Positions 1 through 7,749 of a DNA stretch of 27,073 bases are shown piece after piece (position 1 is the stretch's first letter; every line of letters begins with the position of its first letter). This stretch comes from a virus (taxonomy: Duplodnaviria > Caudoviricetes). The notes beneath the pieces were generated by a model. The model had not been told where the DNA came from. It did no database searches and worked only from the letters and a program-made list of their open reading frames with translations. A program made the translations under genes and the position numbers. Location of the stretch: positions 1 through 27,073 of IMG/VR virus record IMGVR_UViG_3300028586_000350; one strand, written 5' to 3'.

Positions 1-53
1 CAGGCAATGATCGGGTCACGTCCGTCGAGACTGGTCGGCGCTACTGGAAACGA

Positions 54-127
54 TGGAGCGGGTAACGGGAATCGAACCCGTGTATTCAGCTTGGAAGGCT
101 GCTGTACTACCATTGTACTATACCCGC
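54..127 (-). tRNA. tRNA-Gly(TCC), intact, CCA encoded
   Basis: The reverse complement reads GCGGGTATAGTACAATGGTAGTACAGCAGCCTTCCAAGCTGAATACACGGGTTCGATTCCCGTTACCCGCTCCA. Acceptor stem GCGGGTA/TACCCGC, anticodon loop CT-TCC-AA, T-loop TTCGATT, 3' CCA. Confidence 0.97.
90..127. repeat. Left att core (38-bp direct repeat, 5' half of tRNA-Gly up to the anticodon loop)
   Basis: CTTGGAAGGCTGCTGTACTACCATTGTACTATACCCGC is identical to 26948-26985. Confidence 0.95.
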
Positions 128-134
128 ACGACGT

Positions 135-205
135 TGAAAAACCGTGGTTTTTCAGTCGAGGCCCGCGTCCATTCCGACATTCGTTCCGTTGGAATTCCAA
201 CATCC
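135..205. promoter_or_regulatory. Putative left att arm: palindrome and integrase arm-type repeats
   Basis: TGAAAAACC-GT-GGTTTTTCA (135-154), CATTCCGACATT (170-181) and ATTCCAACAT (194-203). The TTCC(G/A)ACAT motif recurs inside the right end. Confidence 0.6.
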
Positions 206-318
206 CAATGGGGCGGGTGCCTTGCTCTTATTCAAACGCGTGCCCCGGTGCAAGGCTCGTGGCGCCCTGATATAAAGCCGATACGCTTGCCACGGAGCCG
301 ACTTTCCAAGCCAATGCG

Positions 319-966
319 CTATGAGAATTCGTCTATCGCATCCAATAGCTGTACAACGCCAACGAACGGATTGACGTGGTACGGTTTATCAGCGCCCGCT
401 GCTGCACAAGTTACCCCCTCCGCATTGATCCTTTTGGCGCGAGCGCGGGCGGCTTTTAGGCCGGGTTTAAGAATATCAAAGACAGCATAATCTGACTTCG
501 AATAATCAACGCCGCTCGCTTTTTTAAACTCGCGTCTGAATGGGCTCGTTGTTATCAAGTTATCGTAGCTTGAGTATGGTGCGTCGGTTTGCATCAAATG
601 CAATAGAAGCCAATACTCGAAGCACACATTTGTCAGTGCAACGTTTACTCCAGCTCGTCCTGCCTGAGAGTATGCTCGGGCGTGAAGAGCGTTCGAGTAC
701 TTTGATACAGACTCGCGGTCATAAACGACCCAAACCTCGTCATCAGGCGTGCAGTTGGCCGAACCCAAAAACTTGATTGCCTCACCCACTAATTGGACCG
801 CGGTCGTCTTTGGTGTCGGCTCAACTTCGATGACTGACTGGCGGTTGTCGCGGCCAATCGAATCTAGGTATGCGTTCAAGTAGCTAGGTTCGGTTTTTGC
901 GCCTTCACAGAAAATCCGCATTGTTTTCAAAGGGCGAAGTTGCGCAGGCTTACGGGGTTTCGGCAT
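319..966 (-). CDS. rloB: RloB-family (AbiLii-like) Toprim-like protein
   Basis: Motifs IFCEGAKTEPSYL, VWVVYDRE, ALTNVCFEYWLLLH and NPFVGVVQLL are typical of RloB. It starts 3 nt after the ATPase stop codon. Confidence 0.88.
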   Translation of the reverse strand: MPKPRKPAQLRPLKTMRIFCEGAKTEPSYLNAYLDSIGRDNRQSVIEVEPTPKTTAVQLVGEAIKFLGSANCTPDDEVWVVYDRESVSKYSNALHARAYSQAGRAGVNVALTNVCFEYWLLLHLMQTDAPYSSYDNLITTSPFRREFKKASGVDYSKSDYAVFDILKPGLKAARARAKRINAEGVTCAAAGADKPYHVNPFVGVVQLLDAIDEFS

Positions 967-969
967 ATC

Positions 970-2262
970 TCAGCCCTGCTCGTCGATGCTGGCTAGGGCC
1001 TTCAGCAGCGCTCTGCGGACCTTGCCAATTGGCAAGCGAGGGAGCGCACCAAGTCGGCCGTCGCGGTAAAAGTCCTCAAAAGGACTGTCTACCTTAACAA
1101 AAGCTCGTTCATACTCGTCTAGGCTCTTTAAAGTTGAATTGCCATCATCCTTAGATACGAACCATATCTGATCACGTCTTAGCATTGTGGGGTCCAAGAC
1201 GTTTGTATCATGCGTTGTAAAAACTAATTGGGCGCCAAGTTTGTTAATTTGGTTATCATGAAAAAGCTTTAGCAATAATTGAATTATGTCTGTGTGCAAA
1301 TTTGCATCAAGTTCATCAACAATGACGGGTGATCCGTCAGTAAATGCATGCATAATTACGGGTAAAAGCTCCACCAACCGCAATGTCCCGCTAGACATAT
1401 CATCCTCATCAAATTCCATAAGCTCACCGGATGCCGCTTTAATCCAGTAGCTTGCGCGCCTTTTATTGTCCGCAATAATATTCTCTTTAACGCTGTCAGG
1501 TAAGTTATCCGGCAGTCTGATCTCGCCCGGATCCTCGTTATCCTCGACCGTGAGGCGGCTTATTCCCGTGTCGGCTAAGCAAATCAGCTCGCTGATCGCT
1601 TGCACCATGGCTTCGTCCGCAACCGACAGGCCTGGAGAAATTCTGCTTCCGGCGGGAATGTACGTCAGCCGCAAAAAGTACTGATATATCTCGCGAATGG
1701 AAGCGGGGGCAGAGGCGTCGTTCCCCGCGCGCGAAAGATATGCGGCGTTTTGGAAGAAAGGAAAGCGACGTGTGCCGCCCTTATAGGTGCCGCCAAGTTT
1801 CATTGTCATCCAGGTATCGTCTGAATTCCGCTCAAAGACGAGAGCGCGCGATCGCTTGGCGAAAGAATATAAGCTCTCTGAAACAACCCGTGAGGAATTA
1901 TACGAAATGGAATATCGATACCGAATCCCAGATGGGACTACGAACTCAATCTCCATCGAGACGGGCTGTGCCGCGTATGCATCCGATAGAAGATACGGCT
2001 CGTAAGGGCGTATTGAAGAGCCATCTTTGCGTGCATCGGATTTGATTACCATCCAGCGCAGTGCAGCCAAGGCGCGCACTACATTAGACTTTCCGGCGGC
2101 GTTTGCTCCGAGGATAGCCGCGGAGCGCAGGATTGCGTACCGGCCATCCTCAATCAAGGTGAAGTTTTCCGGTAGCCTACTGCGCGCATGTTCCACGTTG
2201 AGGCTGAGCGTCTGCTCGTCCCGAATGGATCGGAAATTTGAAATGGTAAAATCAACAAGCAT
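970..2262 (-). CDS. rloA: RloA/AbiLi-like ABC-type (AAA_21) ATPase
   Basis: N-terminus MLVDFTISNFRSI, Walker A GANAAGKSN, signature MSSGT, Walker B VIVDELD, H-loop FTTHD, LRRDQIWFV and YRDGRLGALP. The ATG at 2262 is preferred over the TTG at 2307. Confidence 0.9.
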   Translation of the reverse strand: MLVDFTISNFRSIRDEQTLSLNVEHARSRLPENFTLIEDGRYAILRSAAILGANAAGKSNVVRALAALRWMVIKSDARKDGSSIRPYEPYLLSDAYAAQPVSMEIEFVVPSGIRYRYSISYNSSRVVSESLYSFAKRSRALVFERNSDDTWMTMKLGGTYKGGTRRFPFFQNAAYLSRAGNDASAPASIREIYQYFLRLTYIPAGSRISPGLSVADEAMVQAISELICLADTGISRLTVEDNEDPGEIRLPDNLPDSVKENIIADNKRRASYWIKAASGELMEFDEDDMSSGTLRLVELLPVIMHAFTDGSPVIVDELDANLHTDIIQLLLKLFHDNQINKLGAQLVFTTHDTNVLDPTMLRRDQIWFVSKDDGNSTLKSLDEYERAFVKVDSPFEDFYRDGRLGALPRLPIGKVRRALLKALASIDEQG

Positions 2263-2535
2263 ATCGGTGTCTCGAATTCGAGGCGGTTTTTTGTGATCTG
2301 AGCTCAAATTGCTGCGAAATCGTTATTGCGCTAACGATGCGGATCTGTCCACTGCCAAGCCGTTTGAGGCCAGCCGTAGGCGTTGGCGACAGCGTGGCCG
2401 GCCGAACTGGGGGGCGTGGTCAGTTAAGTGCGAAGCCGCTGCCGCGATTAATGGAACGCTTGAGAGTCGGCGGCATGCTCATTGTGCGTATGTCTTTCAC
2501 GTGGCGCGACTGCCGGGAGCTGGTTAGGCTGAGCC

Positions 2536-3810
2536 ATGAGTGATGACGTTGAGCTCTATGTAGGGCAGTTAGCTGTGCCGGATGCGGCGTATATGCCTTG
2601 GCAGGCTATCAGTGAGATGATCTTCTACGAGGGGGATATGTATCACCGACCACCGAAGGCGGCGCATGCCGTGGTGCGGCGGACGTGTGGTCTGTATTAT
2701 GACGAGGCGCCGGAATTTTATCATTACCTTCTGGCGCCGGCGGCGACTGTTCGCAAACGTCTGCTAATAAACGGCTATACGGACGAGTTTTGCGCGAGGG
2801 CATGGGAAGCTGCGCGAAGCGATGAAGTAAATTTCAAAGAGAAATATGCAGCCGAATCTGGCGGGGTTCGCGACGCTGATTACCAATTGATCAAGCATGT
2901 CACTCTGTCCGAATGGCTGCAGCTCATTAGGGACGAGGTTGCCGCCTCTCCTGGATCTATAATCGCTGGTAAAGTGAATCCCTGGCGCATCCCAAGACTT
3001 TTAAGTGGGGCTGGTGATGTTTTCGTCAAACTTGCTCTTCTCCTGCAAGTATTCCCAAAATCGCCTGTTTGGATGGAGTGCGGGTACCTCTACGACCATG
3101 AGGAGGAGCCACGATCACCGCAGCAGATCGCGCGTGACGAAGATAAACAGCTAGCTGACTTCCCATCAGGGAAAATAATAGTTCTAACTGAAGGAAAGGC
3201 GGACACGCGTCTGATAACGGCTGCTTTGCAATCGTTTTATCCAGAGTATGCGGAAGCTTACCAATTTCTGGACTTTGACGAGTTCCGAATCGAAGGTGGC
3301 GCATCGCTTTTGGCTCGAATGATAAAAATCTTATCTGGCGCTCGCGTGCAGAACAGGATGATTGCGCTATTCGACAACGATGCAGCAGGACTTGAGGCTT
3401 ACCGATCGTTACATTCCGTTCGCTTCCCGCGTCATGTTCGATTGATGTTGTTACCTGACACGAAGCTTGCGGCCAGTTACCCGACGCTAGGTCCTGCCGG
3501 ATTGACGCAGATGAACATAAACGGTGCTGGAGCATCGATTGAGCTCTATCTCGGCCGTAGTTCTCTAGCGACGTCAAGTGGTGACATGCGGCCCGTCCGT
3601 TGGGCGCAATGGATGGAAAACGTCGGCCGATACCAAGGGCAAATACAAGACAAGGATGCTATCTCAAGGGCATTTACCAACTCGCTTAAGCAAGGGGTCC
3701 CCCCGAAAGATATGCGTCGACAATTTCCGGAAATGGATCACTTACTGCAAACAATATTTGCTGCATTTGAAAACTTGCCACCATCTCCAATAGAAGCACT
3801 CTACGACTAG
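2536..3810 (+). CDS. HEPN/Toprim-associated N-terminal domain plus Toprim domain protein (putative defence nuclease)
   Basis: Toprim motifs IIVLTEGKAD and ALFDNDAAG, plus GASIELYLG. The N-terminal segment (VRKRLLINGYT) resembles HEPN/Toprim-NTD1. Low GC. Confidence 0.75.
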   Translation: MSDDVELYVGQLAVPDAAYMPWQAISEMIFYEGDMYHRPPKAAHAVVRRTCGLYYDEAPEFYHYLLAPAATVRKRLLINGYTDEFCARAWEAARSDEVNFKEKYAAESGGVRDADYQLIKHVTLSEWLQLIRDEVAASPGSIIAGKVNPWRIPRLLSGAGDVFVKLALLLQVFPKSPVWMECGYLYDHEEEPRSPQQIARDEDKQLADFPSGKIIVLTEGKADTRLITAALQSFYPEYAEAYQFLDFDEFRIEGGASLLARMIKILSGARVQNRMIALFDNDAAGLEAYRSLHSVRFPRHVRLMLLPDTKLAASYPTLGPAGLTQMNINGAGASIELYLGRSSLATSSGDMRPVRWAQWMENVGRYQGQIQDKDAISRAFTNSLKQGVPPKDMRRQFPEMDHLLQTIFAAFENLPPSPIEALYD

Positions 3811-3826
3811 AAAACTATAGCGTCGT

Positions 3827-4390
3827 TTAATTTTGCCATTCATCGGGTGTAAGTGGAATATTTGATACGAGCGCTGGATAGCTGATTGCCATGGGGTGTG
3901 TGCTCAAAACGGTCCTTGGGTAAGAATAGCACTTTATTTCGTCGGATCGAGCAGTCCAAAGAAAGTTGTATTTTTCGTAGAATGGTACCGGTGTTCGATC
4001 GCTGTTAAAAGTATCATGTTTTACGCCAATCGGCAAAATGTTGGCTTCAGGGTGATAGTCGTGCGCCCATGCTAGCATGGCGTTCATCATGATTGCGCCA
4101 AGACCGTGCCGTTTCAGCAAGGCATGTACTTCAAAATACCCGCCAGGTATCTTAACGCCATTGTCTCGAACCTCGCTGTAACTTGAAATTTGCAATGTGC
4201 GTTTCGGGCCAATACCCCGTTGGATAAGCCCAGTATGTCCGACAATGCGGATTCTAACGTCAACCTTGAGTTGGGAACGTAAAATGTCGACCGTCGCATA
4301 CAGCGGACCAGACTCGCCTTCGACGCGTCGATCGCCATCGAGATCTAAACGATAGAGCTCAGTAACTGTGCTTGGTGCAACAAGGGGCAT
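3827..4390 (-). CDS. GNAT-fold acetyltransferase-like protein
   Basis: Motif A-like FEVHALLKRHGLGAIMMNAMLAWA and C-terminal PFYEKYNF. Low GC, directly downstream of the integrase. Confidence 0.6.
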   Translation of the reverse strand: MPLVAPSTVTELYRLDLDGDRRVEGESGPLYATVDILRSQLKVDVRIRIVGHTGLIQRGIGPKRTLQISSYSEVRDNGVKIPGGYFEVHALLKRHGLGAIMMNAMLAWAHDYHPEANILPIGVKHDTFNSDRTPVPFYEKYNFLWTARSDEIKCYSYPRTVLSTHPMAISYPALVSNIPLTPDEWQN

Positions 4391-4459
4391 GGCACTGAGA
4401 TAACGCTTCCTAGGTACAAGTTAAATGCTTGTCGCATCGCTTTCCTTATACCCCAAGCC

Positions 4460-5737
4460 TCAAACGATCTTCGCTGGGCGGCTGATCTGGCGCGGCGCGC
4501 GGTCGTGGGTGAGGTCGACGGCGAGCATCGCCATGCCGGTCGTGCGGGGCAGGTAGGTTTCCAGGATCTTCTTGACGCTGTCGAGCCGGTGCCCGGTGAT
4601 CGCGGCGATCAAGTGGTCAGGGATCCCGCGCTGACCCATCGTGACGACGCAGGTGCGGCGGAAGTCGCGAAACTCAATGTCGGCGACCTCCGCCGCCAGC
4701 TCGAGGTCGCCGGCCTTGGTGAGCGTGGCAGCTGCGCGCAGGCGGATCCGGTTGAACCGGAACTGGAACTGAGTCTGGCGGGTGCGGCGCTCAGCCGGGT
4801 CGCTGCTCGTCCAGGGGCGTTCGTTCTTCTCGTCGTACAGGATCGTCGTCAGTCCGAGCTTGCGCGAAGCGGCGATCGCCGCCTCGATATGGACGCGGGC
4901 GGGGCCGACGATCGGGACGCTGACCCAGCGGTCGGTCTTTCCCTGGCGCATTCGGATCCCCATCACGCGGCCGTCGGGCTCGCGCGCGGCGAGGCGGGCA
5001 TAGACGGCGGGATCGTCCGCCTCATAGGGCTGGATCTCGTTGTAACGGTTCTGCTGCATCTTCAGCAGATCCTCCTGTCGCTGTCCGATCGTCCAGGCGA
5101 GGAACATCGCGGCCGCCATATTGACGCGGCCGTGCGCGAGTGCGTCGGCGATCAGCGCGTTCTGGCACAGCTCGCTCGCGAACTGCTGGCGCGGCGCCGG
5201 CGTCGCGGTGTCGAGATCGCCGGCGGCCGGGTTGACGGGGATCCGCTCGTTGTTGAGCGCCCAGCCCCAGAGGCTGCGCAGCACCTTCAGCGTGTTGAAG
5301 GCGGTGGTCGCGCGGATCTCACCATCCTTGCGGGGCGCATAGAGCGCGTCACGCAGCTGCAGGATGTTGGTGCGGGTGATCGCGTCCATGCGCTCCGTCC
5401 CCGCCCATTTGCTGATCATCCGGAGCTTCGACGCATATTCGGTGCGCGTCTTCTCCTTCAGCTTGGGGAAGCGGTGCAGCTTGAATTCGGCGATCACCGC
5501 GTCGACCGTATGGGCCTTGTCCATTTTGCGGACGTCCGCGGGGTCGGCGGTGCCGGCGCGCCAGGCGGCGACCTCGTCATTGCGTGCGCGGGCGGCGGTC
5601 ATCGCGGCGCCCTCGTCCTGCCCGAGGACGAGGGGCTTCCAGCCCGCCGCCTTCAGCGTCGCGGACGGTTGCCAGTAATAGCGGACACCGCCGGCGGTCT
5701 TCTTGACGGTGAGCATCGGGATCGAGATCTTCGCCAT
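4460..5737 (-). CDS. int: Tyrosine recombinase, phage integrase
   Basis: Catalytic pattern GQRQEDL (R), QGKT (K), FRDFRRT (RxxR in place of HxxR), ITGH and ETYL (Y), with an N-terminal arm-binding-like region (VRYYWQP). Confidence 0.93.
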   Translation of the reverse strand: MAKISIPMLTVKKTAGGVRYYWQPSATLKAAGWKPLVLGQDEGAAMTAARARNDEVAAWRAGTADPADVRKMDKAHTVDAVIAEFKLHRFPKLKEKTRTEYASKLRMISKWAGTERMDAITRTNILQLRDALYAPRKDGEIRATTAFNTLKVLRSLWGWALNNERIPVNPAAGDLDTATPAPRQQFASELCQNALIADALAHGRVNMAAAMFLAWTIGQRQEDLLKMQQNRYNEIQPYEADDPAVYARLAAREPDGRVMGIRMRQGKTDRWVSVPIVGPARVHIEAAIAASRKLGLTTILYDEKNERPWTSSDPAERRTRQTQFQFRFNRIRLRAAATLTKAGDLELAAEVADIEFRDFRRTCVVTMGQRGIPDHLIAAITGHRLDSVKKILETYLPRTTGMAMLAVDLTHDRAPRQISRPAKIV

Positions 5738-5788
5738 GGCGGGGGCTCCTTCGGCGGATTTGAGTGTGACGCGGCTCGCGTCGATCGG

Positions 5789-6262
5789 TCAAGCGGCTGC
5801 TGCGCGGCGCTCCGTGGCGGCTCTGGCCGCGATCGCGTCGTCCGACCATGTCATGTGCCACGTCATGTCGTGGATGCTCTCCAGCAGGCGCAGGCGGAGA
5901 TCGGCGGTGGCCTGGTCGACGAGCCCGCGTTCGACATAGGCGGGATAGTCGGCGCGCCGGATCAGGATCTCACGGCGCAGGCACTGGATCCGTTCGGTCC
6001 AGCTGGCCGTTCCGCGGGGCGGCGCGCCGGCGCGGGCCAGCGTGCCCGTCAGATCGTCGGCGATCGCGCCCATCACGCGCAGCTCGCGATCGGCGTCGGC
6101 GCGGGACAGCCGGCCCTTCTGGATCATCCCCGGGTAGAGGCGGATCCGGATCTGCAGCTCGGCCTCGGCCTCCGCCGCCATGTCGCCGAGCGTTTCCAGC
6201 GCGAGGACGTCGCGATCGTCGCGGTAGAAAATGAAGGCGAAGTCGAAGGTGGCGGCGGTCAC
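5789..6262 (-). CDS. Hypothetical phage early protein with an internal two-fold repeat
   Basis: Probable GTG start at 6262. It contains two similar units, ELQIRIRLYPGMIQKGRLSRADADRELRVMGAI and EILIRRADYPAYVERGLVDQATADLRLRLLESI. Confidence 0.7.
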   Translation of the reverse strand: MTAATFDFAFIFYRDDRDVLALETLGDMAAEAEAELQIRIRLYPGMIQKGRLSRADADRELRVMGAIADDLTGTLARAGAPPRGTASWTERIQCLRREILIRRADYPAYVERGLVDQATADLRLRLLESIHDMTWHMTWSDDAIAARAATERRAAAA

Positions 6263-6435
6263 GACCTGGGTTTTCCGGGCGTGAGGCGTTGATGTTGCTC
6301 GAGGGCTTCCTTGGCGATCCGTGCCTTGCTTTTTAGCCTGACGCGCGGCGTCGGTGTGGGCATGACTGGCGCGGCAATCGCCGGCGCCGAGCTCGGCCGA
6401 TCGAACTTTCCCGCATTGCGTTCCCAGGCGTTCAC
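6259..6435 (-). CDS. Small hypothetical protein (58 aa)
   Basis: GTG-started ORF (MNAWERNAGK...TPGKPRS) whose TGA overlaps the next GTG (GTGA). It is below the ORF-track cutoff. Confidence 0.35.
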   Translation of the reverse strand: MNAWERNAGKFDRPSSAPAIAAPVMPTPTPRVRLKSKARIAKEALEQHQRLTPGKPRS

Positions 6436-6475
6436 CGGAACTCCGCATCGGCGTTCGTGCTGACACGTATCGCCA

Positions 6476-6814
6476 TCACGCCGCCCTTCGATGTTCGAGC
6501 GCCACGGCTGCGCGGATCTCAGTGCCGTGCTGGTTGAGCGTGTAGAAGGGCATCGTCGGTGCGTTGATGAAGACGGTCTTCAGCGGCAGCTCGCGAACGA
6601 GGACTGGTCGCCACGGCTTGGTGAACTGCAGGCGATAGAGGACCTGCCAGCGGATGCTGTCGCGCAGGCGCAGGTCGGTCTGGTGGCGCGGAACCGCGAA
6701 GTCGAGGACGTGGAGCGCACGACGCTGGGCGGGGGGCAGGCGCTTGTAGATCGCCAGGCGGGCGGCGTGGCACCGCCGGCAGCGGCAACCGAGGGCGGGG
6801 CTCGCGTGCGTCAT
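6476..6814 (-). CDS. Hypothetical phage protein with CxCxxC (112 aa)
   Basis: ATG at 6814 with GGAGG just upstream and an ATGA overlap with the preceding remnant. Sequence MTHASPALGCRCRRCH...EHRRAA. Confidence 0.7.
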   Translation of the reverse strand: MTHASPALGCRCRRCHAARLAIYKRLPPAQRRALHVLDFAVPRHQTDLRLRDSIRWQVLYRLQFTKPWRPVLVRELPLKTVFINAPTMPFYTLNQHGTEIRAAVALEHRRAA

Positions 6815-6935
6815 GCCTCCGCATCCTGCTCGACCGGCACTGAACCGAAGAAATCGGGATAGGTCGCGGCCGAGGCGGTGCAGGCCGGGCAGGCGGGAAA
6901 ATCCTCGCCTGCGGCGTCTTGGACGGCGAACCTCC
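6811..6935 (-). pseudogene. C-terminal remnant of a small Cys-motif early protein
   Basis: FAVQDAAGEDFPACPACTASAATYPDFFGSVPVEQDAEA* is coupled to the next gene. Upstream of about 6935 this frame is only the antisense of the portal. Confidence 0.55.
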
Positions 6936-7537
6936 CGATCGGGATGGAGATGATCGAGGGCGAGCGCGCGGACATCCGCACCGGCTTCCTCGAGGACTTC
7001 TTCAAGATCCTGACGGATCCGTCGGATCGCATGACCGCGACGCAGGTCCTCGAAATGGTCGGCAAGCAGGGCGTGCTCGTCGCGCCCTATGCCGGGCAGT
7101 ACGAGACCGAAAAGCAGAACCCCGTCACCATGCGCGATCTCGACCTGGCGATGGCGGCCGGACAGATCGATCCGTTCCCCGACGTCGTGCTCGAGGCGGG
7201 GGCGTATCCGAAGATCGAGTATGAAAACCCGCTGACGCGGATGGCGCGTGCCGAGGAAGCGGCGGGCCTCACGCGGTGGTTCGAGGCGATGACGCCGCTG
7301 GCGCAGATCGATAACGGCGCGGTGTTCGACCATATCGACACGGACAATGCGGCACCGGGCCTGGCGGACGTGCTGGGCGTGCGGCCGAGCTGGGTCGCGA
7401 CGCCGGCGCAGGTCGCGGCGAAGCGCAAGGCGCGGGCGGACAGCGAAGCCGTCGCGAGCGGGGCGGGCCAGCTGGCCGACGTCGCCGGCGCGTACAAGGA
7501 CATCGCATCCGCCAACCAGATCACGGAGGCGGTATGA
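6926..7537 (+). pseudogene. Portal (head-tail connector) protein, C-terminal ~200 aa only
   Basis: RMTATQVLEMVGKQGVLVAP, IEYENPLTRMARAEE and DHIDTD...LADVLGV match the C-terminal part of T7/BPP-1-type connectors, which are normally over 500 aa. The N-terminal part is absent. Confidence 0.85.
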
Positions 7538-7749
7538 TGGTACGGCCAACCTTTTCCGCGCCTCCGGTCCTCGACGGCGAGCGATATGATCAATATTTTC
7601 ATCGCCTCATCAAGGCGTTTGAAGATCATGTAAACGGTCCAGCGCCGCTCGAGCTGGTCGCCAAGTCCTGCGACTGCACGTGCGGAACGCCGTGCCCGCA
7701 GGGCAAGGCCGGTTCGTCCGTGCGTTGCACGATCATGGTGCGGCCATGA
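7534..7749 (+). CDS. Small Cys-rich hypothetical protein
   Basis: ATGA overlaps at both ends, GGAGG RBS and the motif CDCTCGTPC...C. Confidence 0.65.
   Translation: MMVRPTFSAPPVLDGERYDQYFHRLIKAFEDHVNGPAPLELVAKSCDCTCGTPCPQGKAGSSVRCTIMVRP

Noticed and set aside
7-490. ORFs 7-270 and 53-490
   Set aside because: They overlap the tRNA, the att arm and rloB antisense. MERVTGIEP is the typical translation of a reverse-complemented tRNA.
4505-6292. 595-aa plus-strand ORF
   Set aside because: Antisense shadow of the integrase and its upstream gene in high-GC DNA; no motifs, and the opposite strand carries the catalytic residues.
6878-6925. N-terminus of the 219-aa ORF as the real portal start
   Set aside because: MQAGQAGKSSPAASW is the antisense of the leftward gene remnant; portal-like sequence starts at about 6926.
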